From Actinomycetota bacterium (GTDB lineage Bacteria > Actinomycetota > UBA4738 > HRBIN12), in contig JBDUBL010000002.1 in NCBI GenBank assembly GCA_040004125.1, positions 5,338 through 69,337 on the forward strand: 64,000 nucleotides of DNA, written 5' to 3'. The translations under genes and the position numbers were made by a program. The notes below the pieces were generated by a model. It was given only the letters and a program-made list of their open reading frames with translations, was not told the DNA's origin and ran no database searches. Positions 1 to 9,230 of the stretch are shown piece by piece. The number at the start of each line of letters is the position of its first letter. Positions within the stretch are counted from its first letter, which is position 1.

Positions 1-110
1 CTTTGGTCTTCGTCCAGAACATCCAGCTCATCGGGCCTGTCTTCCGCTCGAACCGACGGTCATGATGCCGTATCGGTCGCTCCGACCGTGAACCGGAACC
101 GAACCCCCGG

Positions 111-1655
111 TCAAGCGTTCGAGTCGGGGAAGCTGGCTTTCTTCCGGTCGATCCACTCGCGGAGCTCTTCGTCCTTGGCATCGTCCAACGGCGGCGCCTC
201 GTACTCCGCGAGGGTCTTCTTCCAGATGGCGTTGGCACGCTGAGCGGCATCCAGCGAGCCGTCGATCTCCCACTGTTCGAACGAGTTGTTGTCCGCCGTG
301 CTGGACCGGTAGAAGGCTGTTTCGAAGTTGGCGAGCGTGTGCGCGGTACCGAGGAAATGCGTTCCGGGGTCGTTCGCGAGGATCGCGTCGAGCGCCTGCC
401 CGTTGGGCGACAGATCCATCCCCTTGGCGAGCTCGTGCATCTGGCCGCACTGATCGAGGTCCAGGACGAACTTCTCGTAGCCCATCGCGAGGCCGCCCTC
501 CAGCCAGCCCGCGGCGTGCAACACGAAGTTGACGCCGCCCAGGATCGTCGGCTGCAGCGTGTTGGCGCTCTCGTAGGCGGCTTGTGCGTCCGCGATCTTG
601 CTCGCCGTCAACGACCCACCGCTGCGGAACGGCACGCCGAGGCGGCGCGCGCAGGCGGCAAGCGCGTACAGCACGAGCGCGGGCTCGGGAGTCCCGAACG
701 TCGGCGCGCCCGACTGCATCGACATCGACGATGCGAAAGAGCCGAACACGACCGGCGCGCCCGGGCGCACGAGTTGGATGTAGGCCATGCCGGCAAGGGC
801 TTCGGCCAAGGTCTGGGTGGCCGCGCCCGCCGACGTCGCCGGGCTCATCGCGCCCGCCAGGATGAACGGCGTCATGATGACGGCCTGATTGGCCTCCGCG
901 TAGGCCTTTGCGGCGCCGAGCATGATCGAGTCCCAGACGAGCGGGCTGTTCGCGTTGATCAGGCTGAGGACGTAGGGATGTTCTTCCAGTGCGTCGGCGC
1001 CGAACAGGATCCGCGCCATGTCGACGGTGTCGCGCGCCCGGAGCGGATGCGTGACCGAGCCCATGAACGGCTTGTCCGAGTACCGCATGTGCGCGTAAAC
1101 CATGTCGTAGTGGCGCTTGTTCACCGGCAGGTCGACCGGCTCGCACACCGTGCCGCCCGAGTGGTGCAGGAACGGGGTCGAGTACGCGAGCCTCACGAAG
1201 TTGCGGAAGTCCTCGATCGTGCCGTAGCGCCTGCCCCCGTCGAGATCGCGCACGAACGGCGAGCCGTAGGCCGGCGCAAGCACGGTCGCCATGCCGCCGA
1301 GGTGCACGGTGTTGGCGGGGTTGCGTGCATGCTGATCGAACGCGCGCGGGGCCGTCGCCTGCACCAGCTGGCGCGCCAGCCCCCGCGGGAACCGCACCCG
1401 CTCGCCGTCGATGTCGCAGCCTGCTCCCTTGAGCAGCTCGAGCGCGTCGGACATGCCGCGGAACTCGATCCCGACGGTCTCCAGGATCGTGTCGGCGTTC
1501 TGCTCGATCGTGGCGAGGCCCTCTTCGGACAAGACCTCGACGGGCTGCAGCTGACGCGTGATGAACGGGACCTTCTCCGCGACCTCGGCCAGGCGGGCGG
1601 CGCGGCGCCCCTCCCGGCCGCCGGTGCGACGTCCACGGGCTTGGGTGTCGCTCAT
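111..1655 (-). CDS. MttB-superfamily methyltransferase without pyrrolysine codon (glycine betaine / quaternary amine:corrinoid methyltransferase-like)
   Basis: Uninterrupted 514-aa frame (C-terminal part of track ORF 111..2798) beginning MSDTQARG. Full-length resemblance to the trimethylamine methyltransferase (MttB) family. No in-frame TAG. ATG at 1655-1653 overlaps the TGA of the upstream gene (ATGA). Confidence 0.85.
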   Translation of the reverse strand: MSDTQARGRRTGGREGRRAARLAEVAEKVPFITRQLQPVEVLSEEGLATIEQNADTILETVGIEFRGMSDALELLKGAGCDIDGERVRFPRGLARQLVQATAPRAFDQHARNPANTVHLGGMATVLAPAYGSPFVRDLDGGRRYGTIEDFRNFVRLAYSTPFLHHSGGTVCEPVDLPVNKRHYDMVYAHMRYSDKPFMGSVTHPLRARDTVDMARILFGADALEEHPYVLSLINANSPLVWDSIMLGAAKAYAEANQAVIMTPFILAGAMSPATSAGAATQTLAEALAGMAYIQLVRPGAPVVFGSFASSMSMQSGAPTFGTPEPALVLYALAACARRLGVPFRSGGSLTASKIADAQAAYESANTLQPTILGGVNFVLHAAGWLEGGLAMGYEKFVLDLDQCGQMHELAKGMDLSPNGQALDAILANDPGTHFLGTAHTLANFETAFYRSSTADNNSFEQWEIDGSLDAAQRANAIWKKTLAEYEAPPLDDAKDEELREWIDRKKASFPDSNA

Positions 1656-3631
1656 GCGGTGCTCCTCTCTTGGGTGCTGCGGCGGCGTCGGCCGGTGGTG
1701 GCGGCGGAGCGCTCGGGTAGTTGGACGTGCTGGGCGAGCCGCGGATACGGGTCCGTCGCATGCGGGATGCCCATCGCCCCGACGAAGTGCTCTTGGAAGC
1801 GAGGCTCGGTGGCGGTCTCGATCTTCTCGACGCGGCGAACAACGGCCTCGATCTCGGCACGGGCCTCTCGGTTGAGCAGGGCGATGCGCGCGCCGGTGCC
1901 GGCCGCGTTCCCGGCGCTCGTCACATCGGCCGGCTCGCAATCGGGGACGAGCCCGAGCACCATCGCGTGCACGGGGTCGATATGTGCCCCGAAGGCGCCG
2001 GCAAGGCGGATCCGATCCACCTGCTCGATCCCGTAGTGGTCCATCAGCAGCCGGCAGCCCGCGTACAGCGCGCCCTTGGCCAGCTGGATCTGGCGCACGT
2101 CGTTCTGCGTGAGCACGAGGCGCGGCGCGTCTGCGTGCACGACATAGGCGCTGGTGCGACCGTCCGCGACGACGCGGTCGGTTCGCTCTGCGGCGGCTGA
2201 GTCGATGACGCCTTCCCCCGTCAGGATCCGCGCCAGATAGAGCTCGGCGACGAGCTCGATGATGCCGGAGCCGCAGACACCGGTCGGCGTCGGCGCGCCC
2301 GGTTCGTCGCTCCAAACCTCGCTGCCGATCGTGCGGTAGCGCAGCTCGAGCGTCTCGGCCTCGATCCGGACGCGCTCGATCGCCCCCGGCGCGGCCCGCT
2401 GGCCGCATGAGATCTGGGCGCCCTCGAAGGCCGGACCGGTCGGGCTGGACGCGGCAAGCAACCGATCCCGGTTCCCGAGCACGATCTCGGCGTTCGTGCC
2501 GACGTCGACGATCAGATTGACGACGTCCTGGTCGTGGGGTGCTTCCGACAAGATGACCCCCGCGGTGTCGGCCCCCACGTGGCCCGCGATCAGCGGCAGT
2601 GCGTAGACACGGGCGCCGGGGTTCACATCGATGAACAGATCCCGCGCCGGCACCGTGAGCGCATGATCGGTGACGAGCGCGAAGGGCGCGCCGCCCAGCT
2701 CGGTCGGATCGAAGCCGAACACGAGGTGGTGCATGATCGGGTTCCCCACCACGACCAGCTCCAGGATGTCCTCGCGCACGGCGTCGGCCGTCGCGCACAG
2801 CTCGCCCACCAGCTGGTCCAGGCAGGTCCGGACCGCGGCGGTGAGCTCAACCTCGCCGCCCGGATGCATCATCACGTAGCTCACCCGGCTCATCAGGTCC
2901 TCGCCGAAACGGATCTGCGGGTTCATCGCGCCGGCGCTGGCAAGCACCTCGCCGGTGTACAGGTCGCAGAGATGTCCCGCCACGGTGGTCGAACCGACGT
3001 CGAAGGCAACGCCGAGCGCGACGTCGTGGAACCCCGGGAAGACCGCGGTGATCAGTGATCCATCGCGCACCGCCACCGTCGCGGTCCAGTCGCCGGCGCG
3101 AAGCGTCTTCTGCAAACCGGGCAGGACGATCGGGTCGACCTGCAGATCGATCAGTGACCAGTCGCGCTCGAGCGCCGCCAACAGCCGTTGCAGATCGCCC
3201 GACGAACGCTCGAGCGAGGGTTGCACGATGTCGACGTAGTGCAGCCGCACGATCGGGTCGACGTCGATCGGATGGGCGTCGGCCTCCTTGCGCACGACCT
3301 GGCGGTGGATCTGCGATTCGGGCGGCACGTCGATCAGCAGATCGCCGCAGATCTTCGCGTGACACCCAAGGCGACGATCCTCGGCGAGGCCGTCGCGTTC
3401 GCGATACCGCTCCTCGGGCTCGGTGAACGCGATCATGTGATCGGCCGCGCTGGTGATGCCGTGCTTCGCAAACGACCCCGTCATCGGCACGATCTGGCAG
3501 CGTCCGCAGATCCCGCGGCCGCCGCAGACGGAGTCGAGATCGACGCCGAGCGTGCGCGCCGCATCGAGCACGCTCGCACCGTCGGGCACCTCGCCGCGGC
3601 GCCCCGAAGGGGTGAAGACGACGGTGTTCAC
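1652..3631 (-). CDS. Corrinoid reductive activase (RACo/RamA-like): N-terminal plant-type 2Fe-2S ferredoxin plus ASKHA-fold ATPase
   Basis: Sequence begins (V)NTVVFTPSGRRGEV. Ferredoxin Cys motif CGGRGICGRC...GCH. Long ASKHA-like body (DVGSTTV, VDVGTNAE, GICGSGII-like CGSGIIE). GTG at 3631-3629 sits in a GTGA overlap with the upstream stop. I rejected the longer track start at 3904. Confidence 0.8.
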   Translation of the reverse strand: MNTVVFTPSGRRGEVPDGASVLDAARTLGVDLDSVCGGRGICGRCQIVPMTGSFAKHGITSAADHMIAFTEPEERYRERDGLAEDRRLGCHAKICGDLLIDVPPESQIHRQVVRKEADAHPIDVDPIVRLHYVDIVQPSLERSSGDLQRLLAALERDWSLIDLQVDPIVLPGLQKTLRAGDWTATVAVRDGSLITAVFPGFHDVALGVAFDVGSTTVAGHLCDLYTGEVLASAGAMNPQIRFGEDLMSRVSYVMMHPGGEVELTAAVRTCLDQLVGELCATADAVREDILELVVVGNPIMHHLVFGFDPTELGGAPFALVTDHALTVPARDLFIDVNPGARVYALPLIAGHVGADTAGVILSEAPHDQDVVNLIVDVGTNAEIVLGNRDRLLAASSPTGPAFEGAQISCGQRAAPGAIERVRIEAETLELRYRTIGSEVWSDEPGAPTPTGVCGSGIIELVAELYLARILTGEGVIDSAAAERTDRVVADGRTSAYVVHADAPRLVLTQNDVRQIQLAKGALYAGCRLLMDHYGIEQVDRIRLAGAFGAHIDPVHAMVLGLVPDCEPADVTSAGNAAGTGARIALLNREARAEIEAVVRRVEKIETATEPRFQEHFVGAMGIPHATDPYPRLAQHVQLPERSAATTGRRRRSTQERSTA

Positions 3632-4542
3632 GACTCGGCCTGTGTGCCCAGACGGGCCGAGCGACCGCCTCGACGACGGCCCGTCGCCTCGGTGCCTGCC
3701 CGATCCGAGTAGGCCTTGATCCAGGCCTCCGAGTGCTTGTCGGTGCCCATCAGCACGTCGGCGGCCATCGTGGCTTGCCGAACCTCCTCGTGCAGCGGGG
3801 ACGTGATCGCGCTGGTCAGGCCGTTGGCGATCGCCATCGCCAGGAACGCGCCGTTGATCCCGTTGCGGTTCGGCAGCCCGAACGACACGTTCGAAGCGCC
3901 GCACGTCGAGTTCACGCCGAGTTCGTCGTGCAGCCGCCGCACCAGCGAGAACACCTGCCGCCCTGCGGTGCCCATCGCGCCGATCGGCATCACCAGCGGG
4001 TCGACGACGACGTCGTGCGCCGGGATCCCGTGGTCGGCGGCTGCGTGCACGATCTTCTCGGCGATGCCGAATCGCACGTCGGGGTCCTCGCTGATCCCGG
4101 TCTCATCGTTCGTGATCGCCACCACCGCGGCGCCGTGCTTGGCCACGAGCGGCAACACCGACTCGATCCGGTCGTCCTCGCCGGTCACGGAGTTCACGAG
4201 CGCCTTGCCCTCGTACACGGCCAGCCCGGCCTCCAGCGCCGCCACGATCGAGGAGTCGATGGACAGCGGCAGGTCGGTCAGCGACTGCACGAGCTTGATC
4301 GTCGCGGCCAGGATCCCGGGCTCGTCGGCGAGCGGGATGCCGGCGTTCACGTCGAGCATGTCGGCGCCGGCGCGCACCTGCGCATCGACGTCGGCGATCA
4401 CCGTCGAGAAGTCACCGGCGGCCATCTCGGCGGCGAGTCGCTTGCGCCCGGTCGGATTGATCCGCTCGCCGATGATCGTGAACGGCCGGCCCGTGCCGAT
4501 CACGTGCTCGCGAGTGGCTGAGGAGACGACCGTATCGGCCAT
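3628..4542 (-). CDS. Pterin-binding methyltransferase (methyl-corrinoid:tetrahydrofolate methyltransferase, AcsE/MtrH/MetH-pterin-domain-like)
   Basis: MADTVVSS...IIGERINPTGRK...DMLDVNAG...ALVNSVTGE...CGASNVSFGLPNR is typical of the pterin-binding TIM barrel. ATG at 4542-4540 overlaps the upstream TGA by 1 nt (TGATG). Confidence 0.8.
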   Translation of the reverse strand: MADTVVSSATREHVIGTGRPFTIIGERINPTGRKRLAAEMAAGDFSTVIADVDAQVRAGADMLDVNAGIPLADEPGILAATIKLVQSLTDLPLSIDSSIVAALEAGLAVYEGKALVNSVTGEDDRIESVLPLVAKHGAAVVAITNDETGISEDPDVRFGIAEKIVHAAADHGIPAHDVVVDPLVMPIGAMGTAGRQVFSLVRRLHDELGVNSTCGASNVSFGLPNRNGINGAFLAMAIANGLTSAITSPLHEEVRQATMAADVLMGTDKHSEAWIKAYSDRAGTEATGRRRGGRSARLGTQAES

Positions 4543-4892
4543 CAGTCCTCGCTCGAGGGCCGCACGGCCTCGCCCTGCGCGGCGACGTCGGCGCCGCCGC
4601 GGTACCCACCGGCCCGTATCGCGACCTTCAACGCCTCGTCGGTCCACTCCGCGAGCACGGCGTCTTCGGCGGTCTGCGCCTCGACCTCGAGATCCTCACC
4701 CACCCCGCTGCGGTTCGTCGCCATCTGCCCGGTGTAGTCGTCGGAGCCGATCAACCCGGCCACCATCGCCGCGGCGTCGACCGCCTCTTGGAACTTCTCG
4801 GGCAGTAAGCGTCGGGCCGACGCACCGGCGTCGTCGCGCACGACGATCTGCATCGGGATATCGCGCCACGCGATAACGGTGAGCTCTGCCAC
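4542..4892 (-). CDS. Small conserved protein of unknown function embedded in the corrinoid operon
   Basis: 116-aa frame (MAELTVIAWRDIPMQIVVRDD...) with a GTG start preceded by AAGGGGGA. G/C-rich third codon positions. From unverified recollection it resembles small proteins annotated 'virulence factor' next to corrinoid methyltransferase genes. Confidence 0.6.
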   Translation of the reverse strand: MAELTVIAWRDIPMQIVVRDDAGASARRLLPEKFQEAVDAAAMVAGLIGSDDYTGQMATNRSGVGEDLEVEAQTAEDAVLAEWTDEALKVAIRAGGYRGGADVAAQGEAVRPSSED

Positions 4893-4901
4893 GGATCCCC
4901 C

Positions 4902-5597
4902 TTACGTTGCGGCCATGGCCCGCTTCGCGAGCACCAAGGCCTGGGCGGTTTCCGCCGCCACCGCTGCGTCACGGCAGTATGCATCGGCGCCGACGGCTTT
5001 CCCGAACTCCTCGTTCAGCGGAGCGCCACCGACCATGACGATGTACTTGTCGCGAAGTCCCTTCGCCTGGAGCTCGTCGATCACGACCTTCATGTAGGGC
5101 ATCGTCGTGGTGAGCAACGCGCTCATGCCGAGGATGTCGGGCTGGTGTTCCTCGAGGGCGGCGAGGTAGTCCTCGACCGGGTTGTTGATGCCGAGGTCGA
5201 CGACCTCGAAACCAGCGCCCTCGAGCATCATCGCGACCAGGTTCTTGCCGATGTCGTGGATGTCGCCCTTGACGGTGCCGATCACGACCGTGCCCATGCG
5301 CTCGGCGCCGGTCTCGGCCAGCAACGGGCGCAGCAGCACCATGCCGGCCTTCATCGCGTTGGCCGCCAGCAGCACTTCCGGTACGAACAAGATGCCGTCG
5401 CGGAAGTCGATGCCAACGATCCGCATGCCTTCGACCAGGGCTTGGTTCAGCACCTTGTCGGGCGCCCAGTCGCGCTCGAGCAGGATCTGCGTCCCCTCCG
5501 CGATCTCGTCGGCCAGCCCGTCGTACAGGTCGTCGTGCATCTGTTTCACGAGCTCGTCGTCCGGCAAGGCCGACAGCACGATCTCTTCGTCGCTCAT
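4902..5597 (-). CDS. Corrinoid (cobalamin-binding) protein
   Basis: B12-binding signature GDIHDIGKN (DxHxxG), MSALLTTT and VMVGGAP, with an N-terminal helical cap domain. GAGAGGAA Shine-Dalgarno sequence upstream of the ATG. Confidence 0.9.
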   Translation of the reverse strand: MSDEEIVLSALPDDELVKQMHDDLYDGLADEIAEGTQILLERDWAPDKVLNQALVEGMRIVGIDFRDGILFVPEVLLAANAMKAGMVLLRPLLAETGAERMGTVVIGTVKGDIHDIGKNLVAMMLEGAGFEVVDLGINNPVEDYLAALEEHQPDILGMSALLTTTMPYMKVVIDELQAKGLRDKYIVMVGGAPLNEEFGKAVGADAYCRDAAVAAETAQALVLAKRAMAAT

Positions 5598-5607
5598 CTC
5601 GTTCCTC

Positions 5608-8079
5608 TCATGCTTTGAGTCGTTCGCCCTTTGGGTCGAACAGCGGCTCCGCCGCGACCGTGGCCGGGTACCGCTCGCCGAAGTACTGCACCTCGACCGA
5701 CGTGCCTTCGACGGCCAGCTGCGCCGGCAGGTACCCGTAGACGATGCCCCGGCCGATCGAATAGCCGTAGTTCGCGCTGGTCACGTAGCTCACCACCCGG
5801 CCCTCGTGGCGGATCGGCTCCTTGCCGAGGACGACGTGTCGCGGATCGTCGAACGTCATCGGGACCAACCGCTTGGCCGGTCCGCGGTCCCGGATCGCCT
5901 CCAGCGCTTCCTTGCCATGGAAGTCCTTGTCCCATCGCACCGCGAACCCGAGACCGGCCGACAGCGGGTCGTACTCGGTGTGGATGTCCTGACCCCAGAG
6001 GCGATAGCCCTTCTCCAGGCGCATCGCATCGAAGGCCCCGAGCCCGGCGGCGATCAGCCCGTGGGACCGGCCCGCACCCCAGAGTGCGTCCCATACGCGC
6101 TGACCCATCTCGGTGGGGCCGTACAGCTCCCAGCCGAGCTCGCCCACGTAGCTGATCCGCTGCGCGAACACCGGCGCCTCCGCGACCTCGATCTCGGCGC
6201 CGGTCATATACGGGATCGCGGCGCTCGACACGTCATCGTCGGTGACCGCCGCAAGGATGTCGCGGGCGCGTGGCCCCCACAACCCTAGGCAGAACGACCT
6301 GCTCGAGCTGTCGAAGATGCGGACCTGGTCGCCGTCATGCACCTGGGTGCGGAGCCACGCGAGGTCGTGCATACCCGAGCCGCCGCCCGTCACGACCATG
6401 AAGACGTCTTCGTCGTGCCGCGTCACCGTGAGGTCGCAGCGGATGCCCCCGCGCGCCGTGAGCATCGCGGTGTAGACGACCGTCCCGACCGGCCGGTCGA
6501 TGCGGTTGGCGCAGACGCGCTCGAGGAAGGCCAGCGCATCGGGCCCCTGGACACGGATCTTCACGTACGGCGTGATGTCGAACAGACCCGCCGCCTCGCG
6601 CACGGCGAGGTGCTCGCCCCCTTCGATCGGCGACCACTCCTGCGCGGCCCAGCCGCCGCGTCGCGCCCACTCGTGCATCACGCCACCGACGAGGTCGCGA
6701 TTGTCCTCGAACCACTGCGGACGCTCCCAACCGGCGCCGGTGATGCATCGCGCGCCCTGTTCCCGGTGGCGGGCGAAGAACGGTGTCAGCCGCAGGCCGC
6801 GAGGTTTCGCCGGCTGCTGGCGCGGGTGCAGGATGTCGTAGACCTCCCGGTACTGCTGCTTCCCGCGTTCGATGACGTATGGCGCGGCGGTCTGGAACGG
6901 GTAGAAGCGGTTCGCGTCAGCCTCGGCCAAGTCGTAGCTCGGCTCGCCCGCCTCCATCCACTCGACGACCTGGCGCGCCATGCCGCCGGCGTGCGTCACC
7001 CAGACGGCCTCACAGACCCACACGCCGCGCACGGTCGCGCTCTCTCCGACGATCGATCCCGCGTCGGGTGTGAACGAGAACATCCCGTTCAGCGAGCGGT
7101 CGGGGTCGCTCGGGCGCATGCGGCCCGCAAGCGCCGGGAACAGACGCGCCGCCTCCGCCTCGCACAGATCGAAGTCCTCGGGGGTGAACGCCATGAGCGA
7201 CGGTTGCATCGGGCCGCCGGGCGCACGGATGCCGGCTTGCGGCGTCACGATCGGTTCGTGCCGGTAGTTGCCGACGCCGAAGTGATCGTCGCGCTGGCGG
7301 AAGTACAGCGACAGGTCCTGGTGGCGAACGACCGGCTGCTCGAGCCAGCCCATCCCCTCGAGACCGGGGATCGGTTCGGTCCACACGAGCTGATGCTGCA
7401 CGGCGACGAGCGGGATCGGCACGCCCGCCATCGCGCCGATCGTCGGGCCCCAGATGCCGGCGCACAGCAGGACACGTTCGCATTCGATGCGGCCCTGCGC
7501 GGTCTCGACCGCGTGGATCCGGCCGCCAGACGTGTCGAACCCGGTGACGGTGACGCCGCCGGCGAAGCGGACGCCCGCGTCCTGCGCGCGTCTCGCAAGC
7601 GCCTCGACGATCTCCACGCCTTTGCCGGCGCCGTCGCTCGGGGTCCAGTAGCCGCCGAGGACCGTCGAAGGGGCCAGCAACGGCGAGCGCTCGGCACACT
7701 CGTCGGGCGACAGCAATTCCGTCCCCTCCAGGCCATAGGCCTGTGCGAACCCCTGGCGGCGCTTCAGCTCCTGCATGCGCTCGACGGTGGTCGCCACCTC
7801 GAGACCGCCGACCCCGAACCAGACCTTCTCGCCGTCGACCCTCAGCGCGTCGTAGAGGGCGACGGAGTCCTGCGCGATGCGACACATCGTGCGGGAGCCG
7901 TTGGTCTGGAAGATGATCCCGGGTGCGTGCGAGGTGGAGCCGCCGGTGGCGAACAACTGACCTTGGTCGAGCACCAGCACATCGGTTACACCAAGCTCTG
8001 CCAAGTGGCATGCCGCCGAGGCGCCGACGATACCGGCGCCGACGATCACGGTCTGGGCACGGGTGGGCAGTTCAGCCAC
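5608..8079 (-). CDS. Dimethylglycine oxidase-like flavoprotein (FAD DAO domain fused to GcvT-type folate-binding aminomethyltransferase domain)
   Basis: VIVGAGIVGASAA dinucleotide fold and GGSTSHAPGIIFQ (covalent-FAD His motif as in Arthrobacter DMGO). C-terminal RISYVGELGWELY...EKGYRLWG GcvT motifs. The start is taken as GTG 8079. The track ORF extends to 8367, but that N-terminus is Arg/Pro-rich junk. Confidence 0.85.
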   Translation of the reverse strand: MAELPTRAQTVIVGAGIVGASAACHLAELGVTDVLVLDQGQLFATGGSTSHAPGIIFQTNGSRTMCRIAQDSVALYDALRVDGEKVWFGVGGLEVATTVERMQELKRRQGFAQAYGLEGTELLSPDECAERSPLLAPSTVLGGYWTPSDGAGKGVEIVEALARRAQDAGVRFAGGVTVTGFDTSGGRIHAVETAQGRIECERVLLCAGIWGPTIGAMAGVPIPLVAVQHQLVWTEPIPGLEGMGWLEQPVVRHQDLSLYFRQRDDHFGVGNYRHEPIVTPQAGIRAPGGPMQPSLMAFTPEDFDLCEAEAARLFPALAGRMRPSDPDRSLNGMFSFTPDAGSIVGESATVRGVWVCEAVWVTHAGGMARQVVEWMEAGEPSYDLAEADANRFYPFQTAAPYVIERGKQQYREVYDILHPRQQPAKPRGLRLTPFFARHREQGARCITGAGWERPQWFEDNRDLVGGVMHEWARRGGWAAQEWSPIEGGEHLAVREAAGLFDITPYVKIRVQGPDALAFLERVCANRIDRPVGTVVYTAMLTARGGIRCDLTVTRHDEDVFMVVTGGGSGMHDLAWLRTQVHDGDQVRIFDSSSRSFCLGLWGPRARDILAAVTDDDVSSAAIPYMTGAEIEVAEAPVFAQRISYVGELGWELYGPTEMGQRVWDALWGAGRSHGLIAAGLGAFDAMRLEKGYRLWGQDIHTEYDPLSAGLGFAVRWDKDFHGKEALEAIRDRGPAKRLVPMTFDDPRHVVLGKEPIRHEGRVVSYVTSANYGYSIGRGIVYGYLPAQLAVEGTSVEVQYFGERYPATVAAEPLFDPKGERLKA

Positions 8080-8151
8080 GGACAGATGATGCCCTACCGA
8101 GTTGCCGACGCAACGTCGGCGTTGCGGGAACCGCAACGACGGGCGACGCGG

Positions 8152-8178
8152 ACGGGGCGGACCAGAGGCCCGCCCCGT
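8152..8178 (-). terminator. GC-rich hairpin downstream of proX (possible terminator or processing site), followed by two short hairpins at 8104-8137
   Basis: ACGGGGCGG (8152-8160) pairs with CCGCCCCGT (8170-8178). No clear U-tract. It lies 33 nt after the proX stop. Confidence 0.35.
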
Positions 8179-8210
8179 TCGTAAGCACTCGCCTTCGCCG
8201 AGCCGATCAG

Positions 8211-9230
8211 TTACGCAGCAGGCGATGCCGACTGCGCTGCCAGGCCGGCGTCGACCCAACTCTGCCACGTGTCGGGGTTCGCGTCGATCCATTTCTGTGC
8301 CGCGTCCGCCGGGTCCATCTCGCTGTACAGGTCGTGAGAGACGGCATTCTGGTCGGCTTCGGTCCACTGCATCGCCGACAGGAATGCGAACGCCGCCGGG
8401 GCATTCGTCTGCAGGTCAGCGTTGAAGGCCTTGTAGAGGGGATCGGTCGGGTAGTCGCAGTTGTACGCATCGGCGTTCTCGCCGGTCGCGTAGATCTGCG
8501 TGCAGGCGTCGGTCACCTTTGGCAGCTTGATCTGGGTCAGGTCGTAGTTCTCATGAGCCCAATGGGGAGTCCAGAAGTACATCAAGATCGGCTTCTGAGC
8601 CTGATAGGCGGTATCCAGCTCCGTGAGTTCCGCCTCCTCTGACCCGGCGTACTTCGCCTTCAGGTTCAAGCCCAGGTTCTTGGCGATCGTGTCGTCGAAC
8701 GTCACGTAGCTGGGGTCCCCGTCGAGGATCTGCCCCATGTCGCCGGAATCCGACGTCTGGAACAACTGCCAGTCTGTCTTGAGCCCTTCCCAGGTGGCAA
8801 GCTCAGGATGCTGCTCCACGAGGTATGTGGGCACGTACCATCCGATCTGACCCGTGATGCCGAGCTCCCCACCGTCGACCACACCGTTTCCACTCGCGAT
8901 GTAGTTCTGATAGTCGGCTCCGTGCCCCGAGGGCCAGATCTCCAGGGTCGCGTCGATGTCGCCGTTCGAAAGCGACTTGAACTGCGCGTACTCGTTGGCG
9001 TTCTTGGTGTCGACCGTGTATCCGAGCTTATCCTGCAGCAGCTTCTGCGCGACTGCGACGTTCGACGCCGACCCCAGCCACGGGCTGATCGCCAGCGTGA
9101 GGGTGGTATCGCTGTTGTCAGGTACCCCCGCCGCCGCTGTGGACGAGCTCGACACATCGCTGCATGCCGTCCCGACCAGCGCCAGGACGGTTACGGTCAC
9201 CCCCAAGAGAACCCTCTTGCGTGATCTCAT
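8211..9230 (-). CDS. proX: Glycine betaine/proline betaine ABC transporter substrate-binding lipoprotein
   Basis: Signal peptide with lipobox LVGTAC. ProX/OpuAC-like body (LEIWPSGH, GWYVPTY, FWTPHW aromatic-box-type motifs). ATGA overlap with the permease stop. Confidence 0.85.
   Translation of the reverse strand: MRSRKRVLLGVTVTVLALVGTACSDVSSSSTAAAGVPDNSDTTLTLAISPWLGSASNVAVAQKLLQDKLGYTVDTKNANEYAQFKSLSNGDIDATLEIWPSGHGADYQNYIASGNGVVDGGELGITGQIGWYVPTYLVEQHPELATWEGLKTDWQLFQTSDSGDMGQILDGDPSYVTFDDTIAKNLGLNLKAKYAGSEEAELTELDTAYQAQKPILMYFWTPHWAHENYDLTQIKLPKVTDACTQIYATGENADAYNCDYPTDPLYKAFNADLQTNAPAAFAFLSAMQWTEADQNAVSHDLYSEMDPADAAQKWIDANPDTWQSWVDAGLAAQSASPAA

Noticed and set aside
111-1655. Possible pyrrolysine (in-frame TAG) recoding in the MttB-family gene.
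   Set aside because: The 514-codon frame is uninterrupted. There is no in-frame TAG and there are no pyl genes in the window, so this is a non-Pyl family member.
28-2036. Long ORFs overlapping the MttB-family gene in other frames or on the other strand (28..1860 minus, 339..2036 plus). Similar shadow ORFs occur throughout, for example 6337..8184, 9164..11269, 18094..19629, 31480..33309, 43721..44797 and 48107..49672.
   Set aside because: Their translations are Arg/Pro/Ala/Gly-rich strings without motifs. This is typical of antisense or off-frame ORFs in high-GC DNA. Each overlaps a gene with clear family signatures and a G/C third-position bias.
5608-8367. Over-extended N-termini suggested by the ORF track (919 aa for the oxidase, 588 aa for EamA, 830 aa for ATP-grasp, 626 aa for M20, 729 aa for S9, 750 aa for the activase, 895 aa for MttB).
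   Set aside because: The upstream portions are low-complexity Arg/Pro-rich and overlap the preceding gene. Shorter starts coincide with Shine-Dalgarno sequences or ATGA/GTGA coupling and with normal family lengths.
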